64,000 nucleotides of DNA, taken from assembly GCF_009914755.1 (NCBI RefSeq), contig NC_060933.1; one strand, given 5' to 3'. The notes below the pieces were generated by a model, which did no database searches, was not told the origin of the DNA, and saw only the letters and a list, made by a program, of their open reading frames with translations. Positions within the stretch are counted from its first letter, which is position 1; every line of letters begins with the position of its first letter. Shown here one piece after another: positions 11,401-25,914 of this stretch. A program made the position numbers and the translations under genes. This DNA is from the human T2T-CHM13v2.0 reference genome, Homo sapiens.

Positions 11401-13600
11401 TCCAGTCCTTTCCATTCCATTCCACTCGGGTTGATTCCATTCTATTCCTTTCCATTCCATTCCATTCCATTGCAATCGAGTTGATTCCATTGCTTTGCAT
11501 TCCATTCCATTCCATTCCATTCCGGATGATTCCTTTCCATTGCATTCCATTCCATTCCATTCCCCTGCACTCGGGTTGATTCCATTCCATTCCACTCCAT
11601 TCCATTGCATTCCATTCCATTCCATTGTATTCGGGTTGATTCCATTGCATTCCTTTCCATTCCATTCCATTCCATTCCATTCCATTACAATCGAGTTGAT
11701 TCCATTCCATTCCATTCCATTCCAGTGCTTTCCATTCCATTCCACTCGGGTTGATTCCATTCTATTAGTTTCCATTCCATTCCATTCCCTTCCATTCCAC
11801 TCTGGTTGATTCCATTCCTTTGCATTCCACTCGAATACATTCCCTCCTATTCCACTCGGAACGATTCCATTCCATTCCATTCCATTCCATTCCATTCCAT
11901 TCCATTCCATTTCGTTCCATTCCATTCTATTCCGTACCATTCCATTCCATTCCATTCCATTCCATTCCATTCCATTCCACTCGTGTTGATTCCATTGCTT
12001 TCCATTCCATTCGGTTTGAAGACATTCCATTCCATTCAATTCCATTCCATTCCATTCCATTCCATTCCATTCCATTCCATTCCATTCCATTGTACTCGGG
12101 TTGATTCAATTCCATTGCATTCCATTCCATTCCATTCCGTTGCATTCCATTCCATGTCATTCGGATTGATTGTATTCAAATCCCTTACTCTTCATTACAT
12201 TCCATTCCATTCGGGTTGTTCCATTCCATTCCATTCCATTCCATTCCATTCCATACCATTCCATTCCATTCCATTCCATTCCATTCCGTTCCATTCCGTT
12301 CCATTCCATTCCATTCCATTCTATTCGGGTTAATTCCATTCCATTCCATTCCATTGCATTCCATTCCATTCTATTCCATTCCATTGCAATCGAGTTGAAT
12401 CTATTGCATTTCATTCCATTCCATTCCATTCCATTCCATTCCGGAAGGTTCCATTCCATTGCATTCCATTCCATTCCATTCCCCTGCACTCGCGTTGATT
12501 CCATTCCATTCCATTCCATTCCATTCCATTCCGTTCCGTTCCGTTCCGTTCCGTTCCATTTCATTCCATTCCATTCCATTCCATTCCATTCCGTTCCGTT
12601 CCATTCCATTCCATTCCATTCCACTCTATTCGGGTTAATTCCATTCCATTCCATTCGATTGCAATCGAGTTGATTCCATTCCATTCCATTCCATTCCATT
12701 CCATTCCTTTCCCCTGTACTCGGGTTGATTCCATTCCATTCCATTCCAATCCATGCCATTCCACTCGTGTTGATTCCATTCTTTCCGTTCCATTCAAGAT
12801 GAATCCATTCCATTGCATTCCATTCCATTCGATTCCATTCGTTTGCACTCGTGTTGATTCCATGGCATTGCATTCCATTCCATTGCATTCCATTTCATTC
12901 CATTCCATTCCTTTCCATTCCATTCCATTCCATTCGGATTCATTCTATTCAATTCCCTTACACTCCATTACATTACATTCCATTCGGGTTGTTCCATTCC
13001 ATTCCATTCCATTCCACTCCATTCCATTGCACTGGGGTTGATTCCATTCCATTCCTTTCCATTCCATTCCATTCCATTCCGGATGATTCCATTCCATTGC
13101 ATTCCGTTCCATTCCATTCCCCTGCAGTCGCGTTGATTCCATTCCATTCCATTCCATTCCATTCCATTCCATTCCATTCCATTCCATTCCATTGTACTCG
13201 GGTTGATTCCATTCCATTGCATTCCATTCCATTCCATTACATTCCATTCTATTCCATTCCATTCCATTCTATTCCATTCCATTCCGTTGCTTTCCATTCC
13301 ATTACATTCGGATTGATTCTATTCAACTCCCTTACTCTCCATTACATTCCATTCCATTCGGGTTCTTCCATTCCATTCCATTCCATTCCACTCCATTCCA
13401 TTGCACTCGGGTTGATTCCATTCCATTCCATTCCATTCCATTCATTCCGGATGATTCCATTCCATTGCATTCCGTTCCATTACATTCCCCTGCACTCGCG
13501 TTGATTCCATTCCATTCCATTCAATTCCATTCAATTCCATTCCATTACAATTCGTTCCATTCCATTCTATTCCGTACCATTCCATTCCATTCCATACCAT
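8435..13600 (+). repeat. Tandem duplication with ~2.92-2.95 kb period (A ~8435-11355, A' ~11355-13600)
   Basis: TTCACTCAATTCCAGTCC at 8471 and 11391; GAATACATTCCCTCC at 8913 and 11833. ORFs 8476/11396, 8522/11442 and 8575/11495 are near-identical at +2920. Confidence 0.9.
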
Positions 13601-14720
13601 TCCACTCCATTCCATTCCGTTCCATTCCGTTCCATTCCGTTCCATTCCATTCCATTCCATTCTATTCGGGTTAATTCCATTCCATTCCATTCCGTTCCAT
13701 TCCATTCCATTCCATTGCATTCCATTCCGTTCCATTCCGTTCCATTCCATTCCATTCCATTCTATTCGGGTTAATTCCATTCCATTCCATTCCATTGCAT
13801 TCTATTCCATTCCATTGCAATCGAGTTGAATCCATTGCATTTCATTCCATTCCATTCCATTCCATTCCATTCCGGAAGATTCCATTCCATTGCATTCCAT
13901 TCCATTCCATTCCCCTTCACTCGCGTTGATTCCATTCCATTCCATTCCATTCCATTCCATTCCATTCCATTCCATTCCATTCCATTCCATTGTACTCGGG
14001 TTGATTCCATTCCATTGCATTCCATTCCATTCCATTCCATTCCATTCTATTCCATTCCATTCCGTTGCTTTCCATTCCATTACATTCGGATTGATTCTAT
14101 TCAACTCCCTTACTCTCCATTACATTCCATTCCATTCGGGTTCTTCCATTCCATTCCATTCCATTCCACTCCATTCCATTGCACTCGGGTTGATTCCATT
14201 CCATTCCATTCCATTCCATTCATTCCGGATGATTCCATTCCATTGCATTCCGTTCCACTACATTCCCCTGCACTCGCGTTGATTCCATTCCATTCCATTC
14301 CATTCCATTCAATTCCATTCCATTACAATTCGTTCCATTCCATTCTATTCCGTACCATTCCATTCCATTACATACCATTCCATTCCATTGCATTCCATTC
14401 CATTCCGTTCCATTCCGTTCCATTCCATTCCATTCCATTCTATTCGGGTTAATTCCATTCCATTCCATTCCGTTCCATTCCATTCCATTCCATTCCATTG
14501 CATTCCATTCCGTTCCATTCCGTTCCATTCCATTCCATTCCATTCTATTCGGGTTAATTCCATTCCATTCCATTCCATTCCATTCCATTCTATTCCATTC
14601 CATTGCAATCGAGTTGAATCCATTGCATTTCATTCCATTCCATTCCATTCCATTCCATTCCGGAAGATTCCATTCCATTGCATTCCATTCCATTCCATTC
14701 CCCTGCACTCGCGTTGATTC
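13130..14720 (+). repeat. Tandem duplication with ~778 bp period
   Basis: GGGTTCTTCC at ~13360 and ~14138. ORFs 13332..13520 and 14110..14298 differ by one residue (offset 778); ORFs 13442 and 14220 have the same offset. Confidence 0.85.
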
Positions 14721-17700
14721 CATTCCATTCCATTCCACTCCATTCCATTCCATTCCATTCTGTTCCGTTCCGTTCCATTCCATTCCATTCCATTCCGTTC
14801 CGTTCCATTCCATTCCATTCCATTCCATTCTATTCGGGTTAATTCCATTCCATTCCATTCGATTGCAATCGAGTTGATTCCATTCCATTCCATTCCATTC
14901 CATTCCATTCCATTCCTTTCCATTACATTACGGATGATTCCATTCCATTCCATTCCATTCCATTCCTTTCCCCTGTACTCGGGTTGATTCCATTCCATTC
15001 CATTCCAATCCATGCCATTCCACTCGTGTTGATTCCATTCTTTCCATTCCATTCAAGATGAATCCATTCCATTGCATTCCATTCCATTCGATTCCATTCG
15101 TTTGCACTCGTGTTGATTCCATGGCATTGCATTCCATTCCATTCCATTCCTTTCCATTCCATTCCATTCCATTCCATTCCTTTCCATTCCATTCCATTCC
15201 ATTCGGATTCATTCTATTCAATTCCCTTACACTCCATTACATTACATTCCATTCGGGTTGTTCCATTCCATTCCATTCCATTCCACTCCATTCCATTGCA
15301 CTCGGGTTGATTCCATTCCATTCCTTTCCATTCCATTCCATTACATTCCGGATGATTCCATTCCACTGCATTCCGTTCCATTCCATTCCCCTGCACTCGC
15401 GTTGATTCCATTCCATTCCATTCCATTCCATTCAATTCCATTCCATTACAATTCGTTCCATTCCATTCTATTCCGTACCATTCCATTCAATTCCATACCA
15501 TTCCATTCCATTCCATTCCATTCAGTTCCATTCCGTTCCATTCCATTCCATTCCATTCTATTCGGGTTAATTCCATTCCATTCCATTCCATTCCATTCCA
15601 TTCTATTCCATTCCATTGCAGTCGAGTTGAATCCATTGCATTTCATTCCATTCCATTCCATTCCATTCCATTCCAGAAGATTCCATTCCATTGCATTCCA
15701 TTCCATTCCATTCCATTCCATTGCATTCCATTCCGTTCCATTCCATTACATTCGGATTGATTCTATTCAATTCCCTTACACTGCATTCCATTCCATTCCA
15801 TTCGGGTAGTTTCCATTCCATTCCATTCGTGTAGTTTCCATTCCATTCCATTCCATTCCTCTCCATTCCGTTGCACTCGGGTTGATTCCATTCCATTGCA
15901 TTCCATTCCATTCCATTCAATTCGATTCCGTTCCATTCCATTCCATTACATTCGGATTGATTCTATTCAACTCCCTTACGCTCCATTACATTCCATTCCA
16001 TTCGGGTTGTTCCATTCCATTCCACTCCATTCCATTGCACTCGGGTTGATTCCGTTCCATTCCATTCCATTCCTTTCCATTCCATTCCGGAAGATGCCAC
16101 TCCATTGCATTCCATTCCATTCCATTCCCCTGCACTCACGTTGATTCCATTCCATTCCACTCCATTCCATTCCATTCCATTCCTTTCGGTTCCATTCCAT
16201 TCCATTCCATTCCATTCCGTTCCGTTCCATTCCATTCCATTTCATTCTATTCGGGTTAATTCCATTCCATTCCATTCGATTGCAATCGAGTTGATTCCAT
16301 TCCATTCCATTCCATTCCGTTCCATTCCATTCCATTCCATTCCATTCCATTCCATTCCTTTCTATTCCATTACGGATGATTCCATTCCATTGCATTCCAT
16401 TCCATTCCATTCCCCTGTACTCGGGTTGATTCCATTCCCTTCCATTCCAATCCATGCCATTCCACTCGTGTTGATTCCATTCTTTCCATTCCATTCAAGT
16501 TGAATCTATTCCATTGCATTCCATTCCATTCCATTCCCCTGAAGTCGGGTTGATTCCATTCCATTCCATTCCATTCCATTCCATTCCATTCCATTCCATT
16601 CCGTTCCGTTCCATTCCATTCCATTCCATTCTATTCGGGTTAATTCCATTCCATTCTATTCCATTCCATTCAATTCCAATCCATTCAGTTCCATTCCATT
16701 CCATTCCATTCCATTCTATTCGGGTTAATTCCATTCCATTCCATTCCATTCCATTCCATTCTATTCCATTCCATTGCAGTCGAGTTGAATCCATTGCATT
16801 TCATTCCATTCCATTCCATTCCATTCCGTTCCGGAAGATTCCATTCCATTGCATTCCATTCCATTCCATTCCCCTGCACTGGCGTTGATTCCATTCCATT
16901 CCATTACATTCCATTCCGTTCTGTTCCGTTCCGTTCCATTCCATTCCATTCCATTCTGTTCCGTTCCATTCCATTCCATTCCATTCTATTCGGGTTAATT
17001 CCATTCCATTCCATTCGATTGCAATCGAGTTGATTCCATTCCATTCCATTCCATTCCATTCCATTCCATTTCATTCCTTTCCATTCCTTTACGGATGATT
17101 CCATTCCATTGCATTCCATTCCACTCCATTCCCCTGTACTCGGGTTGATTCCATTCCATTCCATTCCAATCCATGCCATTCCACTCGGGTTGATTCCATT
17201 CTTTCCATTCCATTCAAGTTGAATCCATTCCATTGCATTCCATTCCATTGGATTCCATTCGATTGCACTCGGGTTGATTCCATTCCATTGCATTCCATTC
17301 CATTCCATTCCATTCCATTCCATTCCATTCCGTTCCATTCCATTACATTCGGATTGATTCTATTCAATTCCCTTACACTGCATTCCATTCCATTCCATTC
17401 GGGTAGTTTCCATTCCATTCCATTCCATTCCTCTCCATTCCATTGCACTCGGGTTGATTCCATTCCATTGCATTCCATTCCATTCCATTCAATTCCATTC
17501 CGTTCCATTACATTCCATTACATTCGGATTGATTCTATTCAACTCCCTTACTCTCCATTCCATTCCATTCCATTCGGGTTGTTCCATTCCATTCTACTCC
17601 ATACCATTGCACTCGGGTTGATTCCATTCCATTCCATTCCATTCCATTCCGAAAGATTCCATTCCATTGCATTCCATTCCATTCCATTCCCCTGCACTCG

Positions 17701-17889
17701 CGTTGATTCCATTCCATTCCAGTCCATTCCATTCCATTCCATTCCTTTCGGTTCCATTCCATTCCATTCCATTCCATTCCATTCCATTCAATTCCGTTCC
17801 GTTCCATTCCATTCCATTCCATTCTATTCGGGTTAATTCCATTCCATTCCATTCGATTGCAATCGAGTTGATTCCATTCCATTCCATTC

Positions 17890-19915
17890 CATTCCATTCC
17901 ATTCTATTCGGGTTAATTCCATTCCATTCCATTCCGTTCCATTCCATTCCATTCCATTGCATTCCATTCCGTTCCATTCCGTTCCATTCCATTCCATTCC
18001 ATTCTATTCGGGTTAATTCCATTCCATTCCATTCCATTGCATTCTATTCCATTCCATTGCAATCGAGTTGAATCCATTGCATTTCATTCCATTCCATTCC
18101 ATTCCATTCCATTCCGGAAGATTCCATTCCATTGCATTCCATTCCATTCCATTCCCCTGCACTCGCGTTGATTCCATTCCATTCCATTCCATTCCATTCC
18201 ATTCCATTCCATTCCATTCCATTGTACTCGGGTTGATTCCATTCCATTGCATTCCATTCCATTCCATTCCATTCCATTCTATTCCTTTCCATTCCGTTGC
18301 TTTCCATTCCATTACATTCGGATTGATTCTATTCAACTCCCTTACTCTCCATTACATTCCATTCCATTCGGGTTCTTCCATTCCATTCCATTCCATTCCA
18401 CTCCATTCCATTGCACTCGGGTTGATTCCATTCCATTCCATTCCATTCCATTCATTCCGGATGATTCCATTCCATTGCATTCCGTTCCATTACATTCCCC
18501 TGCACTCGCGTTGATTCCATTCCATTCCATTCCATTCCATTCAATTCCATTCCATTACAATTCGTTCCATTCCATTCTATTCCGTACCATTCCATTCCAT
18601 TACATACCATTCCATTCCATTCCATTCCATTCCATTCCGTTCCATTCCGTTCCATTCCATTCCATTCCATTCTATTCGGGTTAATTCCATTCCATTCCAT
18701 TCCGTTCCATTCCATTCCATTCCATTCCATTGCATTCCATTCCGTTCCATTCCGTTCCATTCCATTCCATTCCATTCTATTCGGGTTAATTCCATTCCAT
18801 TCCATTCCATTCCATTCCATTCCATTCTATTCCATTCCATTGCAATCGAGTTGAATCCATTGCATTTCATTCCATTCCATTCCATTCCATTCCATTCCGG
18901 AAGATTCCATTCCATTGCATTCCATTCCATTCCATTCCCCTGCACTCGCGTTGATTCCATTCCATTCCATTCCACTCCATTCCATTCCATTCCATTCCGT
19001 TCCGTTCCGTTCCATTCCATTCCATTCCATTCCGTTCCGTTCCATTCCATTCCATTCCATTGCATTCTATTCGGGTTAATTCCATTCCATTCCATTCGAT
19101 TGCAATCGAGTTGATTCCATTCCATTCCATTCCATTCCATTCCATTCCATTCCTTTCCATTACATTACGGATGATTCCATTCCATTCCATTCCATTCCAT
19201 TCCTTTCCCCTGTACTCGGGTTGATTCCATTCCATTCCATTCCAATCCATGCCATTCCACTCGTGTTGATTCCATTCTTTCCATTCCATTCAAGATGAAT
19301 CCATTCCATTGCATTCCATTCCATTCGATACCATTCGTTTGCACTCGTGTTGATTCCATGGCATTGCATTCCATTCCATTCCATTCCTTTCCTTTCCATT
19401 CCATTCCATTCCATTCCTTTCCATTCCATTCCATTCCATTCGGATTCATTCTATTCAATTCCCTTACACTCCATTACATTCCATTCCATTCGGGTTGTTC
19501 CATTCCATTCCATTCCATTCCACTCCATTCCATTGCACTCGGGTTGATTCCATTCCATTCCTTTCCATTCCATTCCATTCCATTCCGGATGATTCCATTC
19601 CATTGCATTCCGTTCCATTCCATTCCCCTGCACTCGCGTTGATTCCATTCCATTCCATTCCATTCCATTCAATTCCATTCCATTACAATTCGTTCCATTC
19701 CATTCTATTCCGTACCATTCCATTCAATTCCATACCATTCCATTCCATTCCATTCCATTCAGTTCCATTCCGTTCCATTCCATTCCATTCCATTCTATTC
19801 GGGTTAATTCCATTCCATTCTATTCCATTCCATTGCAGTCGAGTTGAATCCATTGCATTTCATTCCATTCCATTCCATTCCATTCCATTCCAGAAGATTC
19901 CATTCCATTGCATTC
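17890..19915 (+). repeat. Copy of ~13650-15700 (offset ~4.24 kb)
   Basis: ORF pairs 13826/18068, 14614/18851, 14630/18867, 14928/19165 and 15058/19295 are near-identical. Shared private variants TTCAATTCCATACC, GCAGTCGAGTTGAA and TTCCAGAAGA. Confidence 0.9.
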
Positions 19916-22900
19916 CATTCCATTCCATTGTATTCGGGTTGATTCCATTGCATTCCTTTCCATTCCATTCCATTCCATTCCATTCCATTACAATCGAGTT
20001 GATTCCATTCCATTCCATTCCATTCCAGTGCTTTCCATTCCATTCCACTCGGGTTGATTCCATTCTATTAGTTTCCATTCTATTCCATTCCCTTCCATTC
20101 CACTCTGGTTGATTCCATTCCTTTCCATTCCACTCGAATACATTCCCTCCTATTCCACTCGGAACAATTCCATTCCATTCCATTCCATTCCATTCCATTC
20201 CATTCCATTCCATTTCGTTCCATTCCATTCTATTCCGTACCATTCCATTCCATTCCATTCCATTCCATTCCATTCCACTCGTGTTGATTCCATTGCTTTC
20301 CATTCCATTCGGTTTGAAGGCATTCCATTCCATTCAATTCCATTCCATTCCATTCTATTCCATTCCATTCCATTCCATTCCATTGTACTCGGGTTGATTC
20401 AATTCCATTGCATTCCATTCCATTCCATTCCGTTGCATTCCATTCCATTTCATTCGGATTGATTGTATTCAAATCCCTTACTCTTCATTACATTCCATTC
20501 CATTCGGGTTGTTCCATTCCATTCCATTCCATTCCATTCCATTCCATTCCATACCATTCCATTCCATTCCATTCCATTCCATTCCGTTCCATTCCGTTCC
20601 ATTCCATTCCATTCCATTCTATTCGGGTTAATTCCATTCCATTCCATTCCATTCCATTCCATTCTATTCCATTCCATTGCAATCGAGTTGAATCCATTGC
20701 ATTTCATTCCATTCCATTCCATTCCATTCCATTCCGGAAGATTCCATTCCATTGCATTCCATTCCATTCCATTCCCCTGCACTCGCGTTGATTCCATTCC
20801 ATTCCATTCCATTCCATTCCATTCCGTTCCATTCCGTTCCGTTCCATTTCATTCCATTCCATTCCATTCCATTCCGTTCCGTTCCATTCCATTCCATTCC
20901 ATTCCACTCTATTCGGGTTAATTCCATTCCATTCCATTCGATTGCAATCGAGTTGATTCCATTCCATTCCATTCCATTCCATTCCATTCCTTTCCCCTGT
21001 ACTCGGGTTGATTCCATTCCATTCCATTCCAATCCATGCCATTCCACTCGTGTTGATTCCATTCTTTCCATTCCATTCAAGATGAATCCATTCCATTGCA
21101 TTCCATTCCATTCGATTCCATTCGTTTGCACTCGTGTTGATTCCATGGCATTGCATTCCATTCCATTGCATTCCATTTCATTCCATTCCATTGCATTCCA
21201 TTTCATTCCATTCCATTCATTTCCATTCCATTCCATTCCATTCGGATTCATTCTATTCAATTCCCTTACACTCCATTACATTACATTCCATTCGGGTTGT
21301 TCCATTCCATTCCATTCCATTCCACTCCATTCCATTGCACTGGGGTTGATTCCATTCCATTCCTTTCCATTCCATTCCATTCCATTCCGGATGATTCCAT
21401 TCCATTGCATTCCGTTCCATTCCATTCCCCTGCAGTCGCGTTGATTCCATTCCATTCCATTCCATTCCATTCCATTCCATTCCATTCCATTCCATTGTAC
21501 TCGGGTTGATTCCATTCCATTGCATTCCATTCCATTCCATTCCATTCCATTCTATTCCATTCCATTCCGTTGCTTTCCATTCCATTACATTCGGATTGAT
21601 TCTATTCAACTCCCTTACTCTCCATTACATTCCATTCCATTCGGGTTCTTCCATTCCATTCCATTCCATTCCACTCCATTCCATTGCACTCGGAATGATT
21701 CCATTCCATTCCATTCCATTCCATTCATTCCGGATGATTCCATTCCATTGCATTCCGTTCCATTACATTCCCCTGCACTCGTGTTGATTCCATTCCATTC
21801 CATTCCATTCCATTCAATTCCATTCCATTACAATTCGTTCCATTCCATTCTATTCCGTACCATTCCATTCCATTACATACCATTCCATTCCGTTCCATTC
21901 CATTCCATTCCTTTCCATTCCATTCCGGAAGATTCCACTCCATTGCATTCCATTCCATTCCATTCCCCTGCACTCACGTTGATTCCATTCCATTCCATTC
22001 CATTCCCCTGAAGTCGGGTTGATTCCTTTCCATTCCATTCCATTCCATTCCATTCCATTCAATTCCGTTCCGTTCCATTCCATTCCATTCCATTCTATTC
22101 GAGTTAATTCCATTCCATTCTATTCCATTCCATTCCATTCCAATCCATTCAGTTCCATTCCATTCCATTTCATTCCATTCTATTCGGGTTAATTCCATTC
22201 CATTTCATTCCATTCCATACCATTCCATTCCATTCCATTCCATTCCATTCCGTTCCATTCCGTTCCATTCCATTCCATTCCATTCTATTCGTGTTAATTC
22301 CATTCCATTCTATTCCATTCCAGTCCATTGAAATCGAGTTGATTCCATTCCATTCCATTCCATTCCATTCCATTCCGGATGATTCCATTCCATTGCATTC
22401 CATTCCATTCCATTCCCCTGCACTCGGATGGATTCCATTCCATTCCATTACATTACATTACGTTCCATTCCGTTCCATTCTATTCTATTCCGGTTAATTC
22501 CATTCCATTCCATTCCACTCCATTCCATTCCATTCTATTCGGGTTAATTCCATTCCATAATATTCCATTCCATTCCATTCCATTCCAATCGAGTTGATTC
22601 CATTCCATTGCATTCCATTTCACTCAATTCCAGTCCTTTCCATTCCATTCCACTCGGGTTGATTCCATTCTATTCCTTTCCATTCCATTCCATTCCATTG
22701 CAATCGAGTTGATTCCATTGCTTTGCATTCCATTCCATTCCATTCCATTCCGGATGATTCCTTTCCATTGCATTCCATTCCATTCCATTCCCCTGCACTC
22801 GGGTTGATTCCATTCCATTCCACTCCATTCCATTGCATTCCATTCCATTCCATTGTATTCGGGTTGATTCCATTGCATTCCTTTCCATTCCATTCCATTC

Positions 22901-24470
22901 CATTCCATTCCATTACAATCGAGTTGATTCCATTCCATTCCATTCCATTCCAGTGCTTTCCATTCCATTCCACTCGGGTTGATTCCATTCTATTAGTTTC
23001 CATTCCATTCCATTCCCTTCCATTCCACTCTGGTTGATTCCATTCCTTTCCATTCCACTCGAATACATTCCCTCCTATTCCACTCGGAACGATTCCATTC
23101 CATTCCATTCTATTCCATTCCATTCCATTCCATTCCATTTCGTTCCATTCCATTCTATTCCGTACCATTCCATTCCATTCCATTCCATTCCATTCCATTC
23201 CACTCGTGTTGATTCCATTGCTTTCCATTCCATTCGGTTTGAAGACATTCCATTCCATTCCATTCCATTCCATTCCATTCCATTCCATTCCATTCCATTG
23301 TACTCGGGTTGATTCAATTCCATTGCATTCCATTCCATTCCATTCCGTTGCATTCCATTCCATGTCATTCGGATTGATTGTATTCAAATCCCTTACTCTT
23401 CATTACATTCCATTCCATTCGGGTTGTTCCATTCCATTCCATTCCATTCCATTCCATTCCATTCCATACCATTCCATTCCATTCCATTCCATTCCATTCC
23501 GTTCCATTCCGTTCCATTCCATTCCATTCCATTCTATTCGGGTTAATTCCATTCCATTCCATTCCATTCCATTCCATTCCATTCCATTCCATTCTATTCC
23601 ATTCCATTGCAATCGAGTTGAATCTATTGCATTTCATTCCATTCCATTCCATTCCATTCCATTCCGTAAGATTCCATTCCATTGCATTCCATTCCATTCC
23701 ATTCCCCTGCACTCGCGTTGATTCCATTCCATTCCATTCCATTCCATTCCATTCCGTTCCGTTCCGTTCCGTTCCATTTCATTCCATTCCATTCCATTCC
23801 ATTCCGTTCCGTTCCATTCCATTCCATTCCATTCCACTGTATTCGGGTTAATTCCATTCCATTCCATTCGATTGCAATCGAGTTGATTCCATTCCATTCC
23901 ATTCCATTCCATTCCATTCCTTTCCCCTGTACTCGGGTTGATTCCATTCCATTCCATTCCAATCCATGCCATTCCACTCGTGTTGATTCCATTCTTTCCA
24001 TTCCATTCAAGATGAATCCATTCCATTGCATTCCATTCCATTCGATTCCATTCGTTTGCACTCGTGTTGATTCCATGGCATTGCATTCCATTCCATTGCA
24101 TTCCATTTCATTCCATTCCATTCCTTTCCATTCCATTCCATTCCATTCGGATTCATTCTATTCAATTCCCTTACACTCCATTACATTACATTCCATTCGG
24201 GTTGTTCCATTCCATTCCATTCCATTCCACTCCATTCCATTGCACTGGGGTTTATTCCATTCCATTCCTTTCCATTCCATTCCATTCCATTCCGGATGAT
24301 TCCATTCCATTGCATTCCGTTCCATTCCATTCCCCTGCAGTCGCGTTGATTCCATTCCATTCCATTCCATTCCATTCCATTCCATTCCATTCCATTCCAT
24401 TGTACTCGGGTTGATTCCATTCCATTGCATTCCATTCCATTCCATTACATTCCATTCTTTTCCATTCTAT
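19910..24470 (+). repeat. Copy of ~8690-13260 (offset ~11.22-11.23 kb)
   Basis: Identical translated ORFs 11063..11269 = 22291..22497, 11396 = 22624, 11495 = 22723 and 9901 = 21134. Rare markers at 8913/20136 and 11833/23061. Confidence 0.93.
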
Positions 24471-25914
24471 TCCATTCTATTCCATTCCATTCCATTCCAT
24501 TCTACTCGGGTTGATTCCATTCCATTGCATTCCATTCCATTCCATTCCATTCCATTCCGTTGCATTCCATTCCATTACATTTGGATTGATTCTATTCAAC
24601 TCCCTTACTCTCCATTACATTCCATTCCATTCGGGTTGTTCCATTCTATTCCATTCCATTCCACTCCATTCCATTGCACTCGGGTTGATTCCATTCCATT
24701 CCATTCCATTCCATTGCATTCCGGATGATTACATTCCATTGCATTCCGTTCCATTACATTCCCCTGCACTCGCGTTGATTCCATTCCATTCCATTTCATT
24801 CCATTCAATTCCATTCCATTACAATTCGCTCCATTCCATTCTATTCCGTACCATTCCATTCCATTCCATACCATTCCATTCCATTCCATTCCATTCCATT
24901 CCATTCCATTCCATTCCGTTCCATTCCGTTCCATTCCATTCCATTCCATTCTATTCGGATTAATTCCATTCCATTCCATTCCATTCCATTCTATTCCATT
25001 CCATTGCAATCGAGTTGAATCCATTGCATTTCATTCCATTCCATTCCATTCCATTCCATTCCGGAAGTTTCCATTCCATTGCATTCCATTCCATTCCATT
25101 CCCCTGCACTCGCGTTGATTCCATTCCATTCCATTCCATTCCATTCCGTTCCGTTCCATTCCATTCCATTCCATTCTATTCGGGTTAATTCCATTCCATT
25201 CCATTCGATTGCAATCGAGTTGATTCCATTCCATTCCATTCCATTCCATTCCATTCCATTCCATTCCTTTCCATTCCATTACGGATGATTCCATTCCATT
25301 GCATTCCATTCCATTCCATTCCCCTGTACTCGGGTTGATTCCGTTCCATTCCATTCCAATCCATGCCATTCCACTCCTGTTGATTCCATTCTTTCCATTC
25401 CATTCAAGTTGAATCCATTCCATTGCATTCCATTCAATTCGATTCCATTCGATTGCACTCGGGTTGATTCCATTCCATTGCCTTCCCTTCCATTCCATTC
25501 CATTCCATTCCCTTCCATTCCATTCCGTTCCATTCCATTCCATTACATTCGGATTGATTCTATTCAATTCCCTTACACTCCATTACATTCCATTCCATTC
25601 GGGTAGTTTCCATTCCATTCCCTTCCATTCCTCTCCATTCCATTGCACTCGGGTTGATTCCATTCCATTGCATTCCATTCCATTCCATTCAATTCCATTC
25701 CGTTCCATTCCATTCCATTACATTCGGATTGATTCTATTCAACTCCCTTACTCTCCATTCCATTCCATTCCATTCGGGTTGTTCCATTCCATTCCATTCC
25801 ATTCCACTCCATTCCATTGCACTCGGGTTGATTCCATTCCATTCCATTCCATTGCATTCCATTCCATTCCATTCCATTACAATCGAGTTGATTCCATTCC
25901 ATTCCATTCCATTC

